Origin: Macrostomum lignano
Lineage: Eukaryota
NCBI GenBank assembly: GCA_002269645.1
Contig: NIVC01002389.1
Location: 62,001 to 126,000 of the forward strand
Direction: 5' to 3'
DNA: 64,000 nt
The notes under the pieces are model-generated. The model worked only from the letters and a program-made list of their open reading frames with translations. It was not told the origin of the DNA and searched no databases. Each line of letters opens with the position of its first letter. Position 1 is the stretch's first letter. Of this stretch, positions 41,961 through 54,582 are shown piece after piece. A program made the position numbers and the translations under genes.

Positions 41961-43099
41961 CAAGTTTGAAGTGAGTGGTGTCAACAGTGCAAAAAGAACA
42001 GTGGGCTGGAGCCTGGACACAATGGTTTTACCGGATGAGGAAATGCGCACAAGCTTTAGTAAGCTTCAGTAAAACTTTAGTAATGCTTTAGCAAACACAT
42101 TTTGGTTTGTTTATTTGAAATTTAATATCAAAATAATTTAATGTGAGAAACTAAGATATTGTCTAGCATTAGTAATAATGTAAAGTACTCATCATAAAGA
42201 TTAGCATGATCTGAAATTAGCTAATGTAGCATGGTATTCAATCTCTTATAACTAACTTAAAAAAGGGAATGAGATTCTTACTTGGCCAAAAAATAATTAA
42301 ATATTTAGATAAAAGCGCATTCTTTTGTTATGTGATCTTTTCTATTGCACTGTTTTGTTATATAATCCTTTTCCACTTGGGCTATTTATTGCTATTGATT
42401 TATTATACAAAATCCCTAGCAAAAAGTCTAACAAATTTGTAACAAGTTTGTTTTTCTACATTTTTTATGCATAGTATAGACTATATATCCCCTTTCACTT
42501 TTATCTTATGATCTAGTCTCATTAAAGGACATACTTATTTACATTGAAGGGATTGTAAGACAAAAATGAGGGGATATACATGGTCCATAATCCAAAACTG
42601 ACATTGCCTTGATTTTCTTAAAGGGGATTGTATAACAAAATAATACAAAAGAAAAGATTATATAATGAATCAACAGCAATGCACAGCACAAGTAAAAATG
42701 GATTGTATAATGAAATAATGCTAATATGAGTCTTCAAAAATCAAAATAAAGAAAAAATAGAGGTAGATAAAGAGAAAAATCCAAAAATCATTAGAAATAA
42801 GAATAAAAAGACTAGGCACACTGTATATAAAATAAAATATGCTATATTTATTATAGAATTATAGGGATAAATAAGCCTTGTTAGACTAGAGAACAGTTAA
42901 ATATAAGTTTTAGTTAGAATCAGCAATCAGCTTTGCTGCTATAACTAATACTAAATATCTATTAGAATTATCAACAATTTATTCAAACAAAAATCTAATT
43001 TTTAGTGTATAATATAAACATATAGATTATATCAACAAAAAACAATATATTCCATTGTTAAGAAAGTTCTTATGTTTTCTAGAACCTTCTTCCAAACTG

Positions 43100-44040
43100 A
43101 GTTTTTTTAAATATAGAAGTACTTTAAGAAACAAAGTATTTCATTGAGCCTATTATCTAGGGCTTCCTTATCAGTGAAAGTTTTGCTCTTTAAGGCATTG
43201 GTCAAGGCCAAAAAAAGATAATAGTTGCCAAGTGCTAGGTTGGGGAAATATGTAGGATGAGGCACCAGTTCCCAGCCAAGGTCTAGTAACTTTTGGCAAA
43301 TCACCTTGGTAGTATAGGGGTGGGCATTATTGTGCAAGAATTGGATTGGGCCATGATTTGGTTGCTTCTATGCAATGGTGGCAGCCAATCTATCTAGTTT
43401 TTGACAGTATAGGTTGGCCATAATCAATGCATTGGGTGGTAGCACTTCATATAGGATCACACCTTTATAGTCCCACCAAACATAGCATCACCTTGCAGGG
43501 GTGGAGTCTAGCTTTAGGCTGTGGCTCAGGGGTCGCGTCTGCATCTACCTACAACTATTAATGCTTGATATTCATATATAAGTACCATTTTTCATTGCCA
43601 GTAACAATTGACTTCAGCCAATTATGCAAGAGAGTAGTGGCCACCTCTGTCTTACATTTGCAGTCCTAGTCAGACAATTCATAGGGTACTTATTAAGTCA
43701 ACTTGTGCACTTTTTTTCACTTGATGCAAGTGAGTGGCAATAGTTTGATGGTCTATCCCAAAGACTTGTGCCAACTCACATTTGGTTTGTTGGGGGTCAG
43801 CTTCAATGAGTGTATACAGATAGTCATCATCCATCTCAGGACGCCTTGACTAAGGCAAATATTTGAGGCTTAAATCTCCTTGGCAAAAGCAAGCAAACCA
43901 ATCTTGCACAGTGCATTCAAACACAATACTAGCACCAAATGCACTATTAATATGGCAGCTCAATTTGGCTGCTTTGATACTGAATTTGAAATCATAGAGT
44001 AAGACCATAAATATAGGCTTTGATAGTAACAATCATGAAA
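43100..44040 (-). mobile_element. Decayed mariner transposase, near full-length, with stops and frameshifts
   Basis: N-terminal LLYDFK...AAK...INSAFG...TVQDWFACFCQGDLSL; central HPCKVML/(V)WWDYKGVILYEVLP...YCQKLDRL; C-terminal HNNAHP...HPTYFPNLA..NYYLF. Confidence 0.88.
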
Positions 44041-46126
44041 AGTAGTTTGTCAAGATTGCATACACCCACCTTTAATATATACCCACACAGTAAGCTTCTA
44101 GAATGTGAGATAGGCCTTATTATTTAAAAACATTTTTTTAGAAAATGTTGTATTTGAAAGTAGGCCCCTATGGTAGGCCCTAATTCATTTAAACATATAT
44201 ACTATTAGAAATGTTGTAAATAGTATAAATATTATAAATTTTTAATTGTTTAAAACCACACGAAAAGGCATTTAAATACATAAGCAGCTAGCAAGAACAG
44301 AATCAACTTGTTACTTGGTCCAGTACCTGTGAATTGGAATTTGATTCATTTAAAATCTTAAGCATTATTACTGACTTAGTTATTTAGAAGCTTTAAAAGC
44401 CCCAAGATTGGGAGAACTGACTCCATTCTTAGAGAATGAGACATCTAGATTTAGAATATAAGAAATCACTTTAGAAGGCAGAAATCCTACTATAGGGTAG
44501 AATAGTCTAAACCTGAAATTCATAAGAAAATGCACAGTCACATAGTCATAGATCTTACACTTTGGTTGAGCCTGAAGGTGAGTTAGGACCCAAAGTAGGG
44601 CAAAGATAAAAAATAACAAAATAGGGACGTCTTGAACTTTAATTATACTTAAGTGGTTTAGTGGTGCAAAAAGATCAAGGATTAATATACTTAAAACTCT
44701 GCTACTGCATCTAGATTACTAGATATTATATTATAATCGATTGAAGACTAGATACATAAAATCAATCTCCATGAAGAATCTTGTCACACTAAAACCCCTT
44801 CCCGATGCTCTATTTGTTAAACGAAAATATATTATACAAATGATGAAGAAAACTTAGACGAAAGATATAAAATGTTTTCTTTAATTCTAAAGCACCTCCA
44901 TTTAGATATACTTAACTTCCAGCATTCTCGGAAATTCCATCGATTTGAATAGTTCACTAAAATAAAAGCTAAGACATAATAATCTTTTCTACACCCTTTA
45001 GACTCTAATTTTATGCACATATTGCTTTTTAAAAGTAACAAATTTTATTCTATTCATTCTGTACATATTTTTTTAGATTTATCACACGGAAATGCACATT
45101 CCTGTAAAGTTGTAAACCACACCTTTCTTCGCAGCAATTCAATTTCCATCAATTTAGTCGATTTTCCTGTTTTGATCTCCTCAAGTCGTCGAGATGCTTC
45201 CTTATCTGCTATAAGCCAGATATTTTCTGTTGTTTTCCTTATTTGGAATTCTGCAATATTTTTTCTTACTTCCTCGTTCCTTATTTTCTATGAATAGTCA
45301 TGTGATGCCTTAATGCCCATTGCCCAAGACTGCTAGTGTTTCCTGGTTCCTGAAGGAGACTATTATTTCCTATATTTGTGGCCTAATTATATTCAATGCA
45401 CGCTGTGGTTTTAAAAAATATTATTAAATATTATCAAATAAAAACTATTAGTATCTTTTTATTATTTTAAAAACGTTTTTATATTCCTAAATTACTATTA
45501 ATAATATTATTATGTGAAAATCGATATACTTTAATAACTTTATTGGTGTATGTTTTCAATAAAAAGACTTGTTCTTGCTAAAAACAATTTAGTAATTGTT
45601 GCAAATTATATGTTTAAAAATCTAATCTAGTTCTATGAACGCATTTTATATATTGATTATGCGTAAGACTTAATCAAGTAATAAAAAATATTTTTTTTGT
45701 TTTATTCTATCATAGTTTAATTTACAAAACCTTTAAATCTTTATATTAGGTAAATTGTAAAGCCTACTTCAAAAATTTTTGCCTAATTTTGTTTTTAAGC
45801 AAAAGTTGGCAAGCATATTTATAGTCAAAAGTAAGTTAATATGCCAAATATGTATGTTTATATATAATTAACATTTTTTTCCTAAAGTGCTAAACTAACT
45901 ATATTATACCAGATCAATAAACATAAAAGCTTGAGAATTATAGTTTTTTAAAAGTGAAAGTATATAAGATGTGAATCAGGAAAAGAAGTGTCATTTGTAA
46001 ATAGATTTCAAATCTTCAAAGCCAAAACTGTTATCAAATTTCCCCTTATGAGCTTGCAGACAGTCATAGGAGACTAACTATTCGCTAGATAACAAACAAG
46101 TCTAAAAAAACAACAGTTCAAGCTTA

Positions 46127-49100
46127 ATGGCGGACTCGGACACAGACAGTTCGAGCTCGGGTGGCTGGTCCAACTCTGGTGGTGAGGCTGAAGCGCCGGC
46201 GGCTGCTGCGGCAGAGGCTGCGGTTGCAGTGGCGGTGGCGACTGCGGCGGCGGAGTCGGCCAGCAGCTCCTCCAATGCCGACCCAGAAGAGGCTTTGGCA
46301 GTGGCGGCGGCTGCTGAATCTGAGGCGGACAGCAGCGAAGAGGACGAAGGCAACCCGTTCGACGCGATTCGCGAAGGCCTGGACCGGCTGGCCGGCAGCG
46401 AGGCAGAGCGCCAATTCGTAGCCGACTTCGTCTCCAGCGACGCTGTGGCGCTGCTGTGCGACCTGACGGAGTTCCTGGACACCGAGCTGCAGACTTTCCG
46501 GCTAAGCGACCAGTTCAAGGCCAGCGTGGCCGGCCTGTCCGAGCTGGTGGCCGAAGCCATGGAGTCCATCGATGCTGAACGGCTGTCTGGCGAGTTTCAG
46601 GTGAGCGTTGAATGATTAGTCAAGGCAGCAGTTTTTCTATTTGTCCTCCAATTTCCCAATTTTGCTGCTCGGCCTCGAAAAAAATTTGACGCAAAAGTTT
46701 TTAGCCCTTAAAACAAAACTTCAAAAACAAAATTATATTTTTAAATAGCAGATTTTTTTCTTCAAAATAAGACCATTGGCAATAAAATCTGTTAGTACAT
46801 AATCTGGGATCTCGGGATCTAGAGCCATAGCATCCGGGATTTGGGGATTTAGAGTCACAGCATCCGGGATCTGGGGATCTAGAGCCATAGCATCCGGGAT
46901 TTGGAGATTTAGAGTCACAGCATCCGGGATCTGGGGATCTAGAGTCACAGCATCCGGGATCTGGGGATCTAGAGTCATAGCATCCGGGATCTGGGGATCT
47001 AGAGTCATAGCATCCGGGATCTGGGGATCTAGAGTCATAGCATCCGGGATCTGGGGATTTTGAGTCATAGCATCCAGGATGAATGGGGATCTAGGGGATC
47101 TAAGATCTCTGGGGATCTAGAGTCATAGCATCCGGGATTTAGGGATTTGGAGCCATTGCATCCGGGATCTGGGGATCTAGAGCCATAGCATCCAGGATCT
47201 GGAGATTTTGAGCCATATCATCATAAATCTGGTAACTGAAATAATTCTCACCTGTCATTACTCGCCATCAACCCGCACTCGCAGCCGGACGTCTCTGAGC
47301 TGACGAGCCTGCTATCCTCGATGAAGCTGTCCAGCTTCCTAGCCAGCATGGCCGAGGTCGCCAAAGGCGAGTACGAGCCGGAGCTTGGCGAGCTGCCAGA
47401 AGATTTCTTTGATGAGTACAGCTCGGGCAGCGAGGACAGCAACTCGGTGGATTCGTCCGACAGGGAAAGTGAGTCGTCGGTTAAGAGGGGGGAGTGCTTG
47501 ACTTACTTGACTTGACTTAGCTGCAGGGTGGTCCGTAGACACAGCGGGGAGGCGAGGGTCACCCATTCCGCTAGCCCCTGAAGGCCCTCAAACAGGCAGA
47601 GGCGTGGGGCCAGTCAAGGCGGTCCGCCAGTCCAGCGTGATCTTCCGTAGGGAAGAAAGAGGCTCGTCTTGTCGCCCGGAGGAGCCGGATGAGCCGTGGG
47701 ATGCTGTCGGGCTGGCCGACCCCGTCAATAGACGGGTTCGGCCCGAGGTAGCGTAGCCGGTCTCTGGTAAAGAAAGGGCAGTGACAGACAAAGTGCTGAG
47801 CATCTTTATTGTTCGCAAAAGGGCAAAGTTCACTCTCGAGGTCGCCTGGGAGGAAGCAGTGCGGTGAAGTGCTTGTTTGTCTTTAGCTTTTAGCGGAGGG
47901 GTGTTTTCAAAAGTGCGGAAGACGGGTGGCGGGCTACCAAACGACTCTCCTTTCTTTTAACACCAATCGTTTCTCCACAAAGGCTTCCGCGTCCCTTCGA
48001 ACTCCGCGGCCGCCGCCTCCGCCGCCTCGCCCCTGGTCGCCGGGGGCGTCAACGGCGACGCTCCGGACACGACGCGGTCGCGACCGAGCGGCAAGCAGGT
48101 CAGCTACATCGGCCTGCCGCCTGAGCAGCCGCAGCCGCCGCCTCAGCAGCGGCATTCCTCTGTGCAATTGCGCAACCCCAGCGGCTTAGGCGGAGCCTCG
48201 AACTCGGCCTATCGGCATAGCAACCTGGTGGAACGCCAGGTGTCAATCAATAAGGATCCCAGCGAGCCGCTCGGCTTCACCGTGGCCAGAGAGTACGTGG
48301 CCCAGTACGACAAGCAGATGATCATGGTTGAGCGGGTCATGATGGACGGCCCCATCGACAGGGAGGGCGTGTTTCAGGTGAGTCTCGGCTCGCTCGACAA
48401 ACCCGAATGTTCACAGATTAACACAAGCACTGTTTAAAAACCCAAACCTTTAAAATCCGAGTGTTTACGAACCCAGAATATTCACAACTTTTAATGTTCA
48501 CAAACCTGACACTATAGTCCACATCCCTAAATCTTCACAAACCTGAATTTCCACATCCCCAAATCTTCACAAACCTGAACGTTCACATCCCCATGTCTTC
48601 ACAAACCTGAATGTTCATATGCCAGAATGTTCACAAACCTGACCTTTCACATCCCCAAGTCTTCACAAACCTGAACGTTCACATGCCCGAATGAATGTTC
48701 ACAAACCTGAATGTTCGCATGCCCAAGTTTTCACAGACCTGAATGTTTACATCCCCAAATCTTCACAAACCTGAATGTTCGCTTGCCCAAATCTTCACAA
48801 ACCTGAATGTTCACATGCCCGAATGAATGTCCACAAACCTGACCTTTCACATCCCCAAGTCTTCACAAACCTGAATGTTCACATCCCCAAATCTTCACAA
48901 ACCTGAATGTTCACATCCCCAAGTCTTCACAAACCTGAACGTTCACAACCCCAAGTCTTCACAAACCTGAATGTTCGCTTGCCCAAATCTTCACAAACCT
49001 GAATGTTCACATGCCCGAATGAATGTCCACAAACCTGACCTTTCACATCCCCAAGTCTTCACAAACCTGAATGTTCACATCCCCAAATCTTCACAAACCT

Positions 49101-51755
49101 GAATGTTCACATCCCCAAGTCTTCACAAACCTGAATGTTCACATCCCCAAGTCTTCACAAACCTGAATGTTCACATCCCCAAGTCTTCACAAACCTGAAT
49201 GTTCACATCCCCAAGTCTTCACAAACCTGAATGTTCACATCCCCAAGTCTTCACAAACCTGAATGTTCACATCCCCAAGTCTTCACAAACCTGAATGTTA
49301 ACATCCCCAAGTCTTCACAAACCTGAATGTTAACATCCCCAAGTCTTCACAAACCTGAATGTTCACATCCCCAAGTCTTCACAAACCTGAATGTTCACAT
49401 CACCAAATGTTCACAAATCGGCAACTTTTCGAACCGCAGGTGGGCGACCTGATCACGGAGATCAATGAGCAGCCGCTGGAGTCGCCAGAAGCTCTTCAAC
49501 GAATGCTTCGCCAGCTGTCGGGCAACGTGACCTTCACTGTCCTCACTCCAGCCTTTAAAAGTGTGCGATCTGACCACAGCACCGTGTACCTTCGAGCCTG
49601 CTTCGAGTACCGGCCGGACTTTGACACCCTGCTGCCCACCCGGGATCTGGGACTCCGCTTCGTCTGCGGCGACATCCTGCAGGTGGTGAACCAAGAGGAC
49701 CCGAACTACTGGCAGGCGCGGCTGGTTGGCAAGCCCGGCAAGACCAAGCTGATCCCCTCGCAGCAGCTCGAGGAGAAGCGCAAGGCATTCATCCCCGTGC
49801 GCAAGGATGCGCAGGCCCGGCAGGCCAGTGGTGAGCGAGGAATTTGGGAGGGAGTGGCTGAGCACACTGTATCAGTAATTTAGCTTTGAAGTTGTTATAC
49901 CCATATATATTAAATTATTTGTCCTATTTTAATCTTGAATAAATTATTCCATTTTTAAGTTGCAAAGACGTAAACTTTACATAGATTTAACCTTGATTTT
50001 CTGTTATTGCTTTGCTATCTACTATGAGTAGCCCGTTGAAAATGTTACCGTGACAAAAATCGCTAAAAAGTCATTGCAAACAACGCACGAGTGACTCTCT
50101 AGCGATTCTAGAGCGACTCTTGTAACCGTTTAGCGACTCCAAAAAAAACGATTGTAATACACTGGAAAGGCGAATCGAGTTGTATAGAGTCGTCAAAGAG
50201 TCTTCATGTTAGCGCTGAACTCTCTACTAACTCAAGTAGACTAAATAGAGTTGCTGTAAAAGCAAAATGCGATTCTAATGCACAAAGTGACTCCAGCACG
50301 CCTAGCTTAGCTAATTTTTTTATTTCCCACTTATATTTATTCATGGCACCTGATTATAGCGCACCTATTATATTATCAGCCCATCTAATTCGCTTGGCAA
50401 CGCACTAATACGCACGGCCGCCCCCCCTCTCTCTTCCTCGTCAATCCCCCTGCCCGAATCCAGCGGCCTCCTGCGCCCCACTTGCAGCTGGCAAGCAGCC
50501 GGGCAAGGGCAGAGTGAAGAAGACCATCTTCAGCGCCGAGACTGCAGCCGAGTTCGACCGGGCGGAGATCTGGACCTACGAGGAGGTGGTGATGTGCCCG
50601 CCGGAGCCGCTCACCTGCCTGGTGCTGGTCGGGCCGCCCGGCATCGGCCGGCGCACGGTGAAGAAGTGGCTGTGCCAGCGCCTGCCAGACAGGTTCGCCG
50701 AGGTCAAGCCGGTCAGCAGCAACTCCAGAAGGCGAGACGGCGCCGCCCATGCCAGCAAGGAGGCCATGCGGAAGGCCATCGCCGCCGGCGAGTTCCTGGA
50801 ATACGGCGACTTCCAAGGCGAGCTAATCGGAGTCCGACTGGCCGACATTGAGGCCGTGTCGCGGCCGCGGTTGCAGGAGGACGACGGTGAGGAGGAGCGG
50901 CTGACGGCGGTGGTGGACTGCCTGTGCCCGTCCATCAAGCTGCTGCGCAGCGGCCGCTTCAAGCCCTACGTGGTGTTCATGGCCGCGCCAGCCGTGGAGA
51001 TCCAGCAGGTGCGTGGGCGGTTTTATATTTGAATTCTGAGACTTGTCATCGCGTTCTAAGAATTCGCCTTCTGATAGAATGGAACTGCTAGCCATTTAAA
51101 TATTGGGTTTTAAGTTATTCTTGCATTTTTTCTTTCTTAAGTAATCGGGCTTCAAATCCCCCTGTAAAGATTTTATTCGAATCCTAAAGTTTATAATCGG
51201 CCTTCAAATTCTTAAAATCTGTCTTAGAATTTTTAATCAAGACTTAATCAAGAATCGGCCTTCAAATCTTGTGTCAAGAATCGGCTTTCAAATCTTTAGT
51301 GAAGAATCGGCCTTTAAGTCCTTAATCAAGAATCGGCCTTTAAAAATTTAGTTAATAATCGGCCTTCAAATATTTAGTCAAGAATCGGCCTTCAAATCTT
51401 CAGTCAAAAATCGGCCTTCAAATCCTGATTCAAACAGCTGTTCTATACTCAGTTAGAATCGGCATTCCCCATGACTGTGACTTTTAATGCATCCCCCTTG
51501 CAGGTGCTGCAGGACAAGGGCCGATCGCAGGGCGTCCTGAGCCGCACGCGGACCCAAGAGGAGATGCAGCGCGCGGTGAACAAGAGCATCCGGATGGAGC
51601 GGCTGTACCGTCCCCTGTTCGACCTGGCCGTTCTGTGCGACAACTTGGAGTCGGTCTATCAGAAAATTGTCACCTGTGTTGAATCTGTGGAGGCCAACGG
51701 CAGGTGGCTGCCCGCCAGTTGGGTGAACGACATGGAGGACCAGCCCACTGCTTGA
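46127..51755 (+). CDS. MAGUK p55/MPP-subfamily scaffold (L27-L27-PDZ-SH3-HOOK-GuK); exons 46127-46600, 47285-47468, 47983-48377, 49440-49830, 50488-51008, 51504-51755; ~738 aa
   Basis: All GT-AG junctions are phase-consistent (0,1,0,1,0; total 2217 nt). L27-like ELTSLLSS...VAKGEYEPEL; PDZ EPLGFTV...VGDLITEIN; SH3 YLRACFEY...GDILQVVNQEDPNYWQA...LIPSQQLEEKR; HOOK EIWTYEEV; GuK LVLVGPPGIG...EFLEYG...GRWLPASW. An alternative exon-5 acceptor at 50463 is also in frame. Exact paralogue not assignable. Confidence 0.88.
46800..47215. repeat. 30-bp minisatellite GCATCCGGGATCTGGGGATCTAGAGTCATA in MAGUK intron 1
   Basis: Direct inspection. Confidence 0.92.
48490..49400. repeat. 32-bp minisatellite ACAAACCTGAATGTTCACATCCCCAAGTCTTC in MAGUK intron 3
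   Basis: Direct inspection. Confidence 0.93.
51140..51425. repeat. Degenerate ~30-bp repeat (AAGAATCGGCCTTCAAATC core) in MAGUK intron 5
   Basis: Repeated AATCGGCCTT cores. Confidence 0.8.
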
Positions 51756-52419
51756 ATGTGGCAACCACTGGTTAGTAACCGTGATGTTTACGTTAGTTAC
51801 CTTGTTTTTTATCGAACGATTCAGCCGATTCCAATGACGTGTTTCAATATATTCGCTTTGCATCTACTTAGAGTAGGCAGTACCGAGTTTCTTTAGCTTT
51901 ATATTTATCATGTTGTAGCAACACGCTTGGTCTGTTTGATTCCGCGCTTAAAATGATTAATTCGAAATGAATGCGACTGCAGTCAGCAGAGTTCTGTTGC
52001 TCAAATTTTAAATTAATTTGATTTCTTAACTGACGCCGTGTTCTATCAATAATAATGTGTCATTTATCTGACATATGGCCGCTAATTGATCCACCTTTTA
52101 TCCTTATCTAATCTTCCAGACTGTTGTTACTGACTTTTAACGTTGTTTTTTACTAATAATTGATTAGGCGTTACAATTATTTTCGCCGATTTACTTTTTC
52201 TGTACTAACTGGTTGAGTAGGCTTCGAGTTTTAGTTCTGTTTTATTTACTTATTAACTCATGCCGCTTTTTATCTTGCTGTGATGCTAGCGTTTAATCCG
52301 TTTAGTTTGTCTTGTTTTATTGACACTGGCTTCTCTTGGTTTCACTATGATATAACTGCCCGCTCATTATCAGGTAAAATCGGGAGCTTCACGTGCTCCT
52401 CAAGGGTGTTAAAAAATTC

Positions 52420-52965
52420 TTTTAATTGGCGCCGCTGTAAGGGTTTAATTGGCGCCGCTGTAAGGGTTTAATTGGCGCCACTTTAAGGGTTTAATTGGCG
52501 CCACTGTAAGGGTTTAATTGGCGCCGCTGTAAGGGTTTAATTGGCGCCGCTGTAAGGGTTTAATTGGCGCCGATGTAAGGGTTTAATTGGCGCCGCTGTA
52601 AGGGTTTAATTGGCGCCACTTTAAGGGTTTAATTGGCGCCACTTTAAGGGTTTAATTGGCGCCGCTGTAAGGGTTTAATTGGCGCCACTTTAAGGGTTTA
52701 ATTGGCGCCACTGTAAGGGTTTAATTGGCGCCACTGTAAGGGTTTAATTGGCGCCACTTTAAGGGTTTAATTGGCGCCACTTTAAGGGTTTAATTGGCGC
52801 CACTGTAAGGGTTTAATTGGCGCCACTGTAAGGGTTTAATTGGCGCCACTGTAAGGGTTTAATTGGCACCGCTGTAAGTGTCTAATTTCGCGCCGCTGTA
52901 AGGGTTTAATTGGCACCGCTGTAAGTGTCTTATTAGCGCCGCTGTAAGGGTTTAATTGGCGCCAA
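52420..52965. repeat. 23-bp minisatellite TAAGGGTTTAATTGGCGCCGCTG, ~23 copies
   Basis: Period 23 measured from GGGTTT positions 52441, 52464, 52487. Confidence 0.95.
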
Positions 52966-53310
52966 AGTTTCGGATAAGCCAGAATAAGCTCTCAGGCACA
53001 TTTGAGGGCCTGAGAGTTCTCTCTGTTATAAGTCCTTTGTTCATATTTGGTCAGCAGGTAGAATTCCACTGTCTCTAATTAATTAATTGACCCATTCCGA
53101 CACATTCCATAAATTTGTACCCTTTTTCATTTTGCCTTAATTGCTGATTTATTATTCTTGTTTGTGTGTGACGTTTTTATTAAATATAAGTTTTCGTTTG
53201 CATGACCCAACACCTGCTTTTGCAGTATTTTTCATTATATTATCATTGCCCTAAATTATATTAACATTAAACTGCCCGCTTAATATATAATAACTACCTG
53301 TAAATACCTG

Positions 53311-53520
53311 AGTAGTATGGGATAACAGAACTCTGCCGCAGGAATTTCCGTGGAAAAGCCATGGGCCCTAGTGAGTGAACATACGGGCCCATGTAAATCC
53401 ATTGAGCGACTCTGCCGCAGGGAAAGCCATGGAAATTCCATGGGGGGCACATCGGGTGGGCATGGGGGCCCGGTGAGATAACAAAGCGCATGCTGGTATA
53501 TGTACTGAAGGAAACTCATT
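53311..53520. repeat. Putative left terminal inverted repeat of the Polinton
   Basis: Begins AGTAGT, then GC-rich sequence with duplicated ACTCTGCCGCAGG and several CCATGG/GGGCCC palindromes. Partner end is outside the window. Confidence 0.55.
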
Positions 53521-53549
53521 ATTGCACCCACCCCACTCCGCCTAGAAAG

Positions 53550-53559
53550 TATATATAAG
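53550..53559 (+). promoter_or_regulatory. TATA-box-like motif upstream of the first viral ORF
   Basis: TATATATAAG ~75 nt upstream of ATG 53634. Confidence 0.45.
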
Positions 53560-53633
53560 ATGGGCGATTTTTTGAGGTTGGCTTCATGACGAAAGGAATT
53601 TTTGTGCATCCTTCTTAAAGAAACATATCATTA

Positions 53634-54362
53634 ATGGATCTCTGTGACGGCTTCAAAGTTCAAGTGCAAGAGTACGAAGGTCATCGCTTTATTGCAATCC
53701 GACGTTTCTTCTCCTCTGAAAGCGGGCTCAGAGCGGGCATCCCTGGCTTTAACCTCAATGCATACCAATGGGAGAAGTTGAAGCAGCTGAAACGCCAGCT
53801 TGTGCACTCGGCAGTCAATCGGCACAGCGTCACAGTCAAGCTTGGCTTTGATAAACTCGTTGTGGTCAGCAGGGGTATCATCTGGCTGAAGCGCCTGCCG
53901 GAAGACTGTACAGAGGATTATCTGCGGCGGAACTCAGTGGCGCTGACTCCCCGTCTATGGGGAGAACTCTGGAAGAAGGCCGAGTGGATCGACAACGAGC
54001 TGCGAGAGAAGTCGGCGGAGAGTGAGTATCAGCTGGAGGCCGAGGACATCAAGCATGAGGGCCAAGAAACTCTGCCGGTCAGCGAAGAAGAAGAAGAAGA
54101 AGAGAAGAGGCTGCGCATCGTCGAGTCGGACAATGCAACCAGCTCGCCTGTTCTGCCAGAGACTTCAGTCGGGCGCATACCCCAGCAAGACAGCGACCTG
54201 TCGCACGACCCACTGTGGTACCGGTTCCGTGCTGCTTCAGGGCTCGGCAACAGCGGCTGTCACAAACGAAAGCTTCCGTGGCCCCTGCGCAGGCAAAATG
54301 CAATCAAGTTGCCCAAAGTGATCAATGGTGGAGAGGATGGTGACGCAGACAAAAGTGCTTGA
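53634..54362 (+). CDS. PC4/Sub1-like ssDNA-binding/transcription coactivator protein with two tandem PC4-like domains and an acidic tail
   Basis: FKVQVQEYEGHRFIAIRRFF...AGIPGFNLNAYQWEKLK matches PC4 (VSVRDFKGKVLIDIREYW...PGRKGISLNPEQWSQLK). A second repeat reads ...IIWLKR...NSVALTPRLWGELWKKAEWIDNEL. Confidence 0.75.
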   Translation: MDLCDGFKVQVQEYEGHRFIAIRRFFSSESGLRAGIPGFNLNAYQWEKLKQLKRQLVHSAVNRHSVTVKLGFDKLVVVSRGIIWLKRLPEDCTEDYLRRNSVALTPRLWGELWKKAEWIDNELREKSAESEYQLEAEDIKHEGQETLPVSEEEEEEEKRLRIVESDNATSSPVLPETSVGRIPQQDSDLSHDPLWYRFRAASGLGNSGCHKRKLPWPLRRQNAIKLPKVINGGEDGDADKSA

Positions 54363-54582
54363 TAACTTTTTAAGTGACTATGCGTGGACATTGCTATGCC
54401 ATCTGTATTGATGTCTAACAGTTCTATTTATCCAGCTTTTTCAGCTTATTCATTAATGTCCTATTAAATGAGCTCGTTTAAAATTAAAAATAAAATAAAA
54501 TAAGCATCTCTCTCTATAGTTATGCTAGTTTACTGGTGAACTTAAGAATGCGAAATGAGTTTAATTTTTTCTCTAATTAAAA

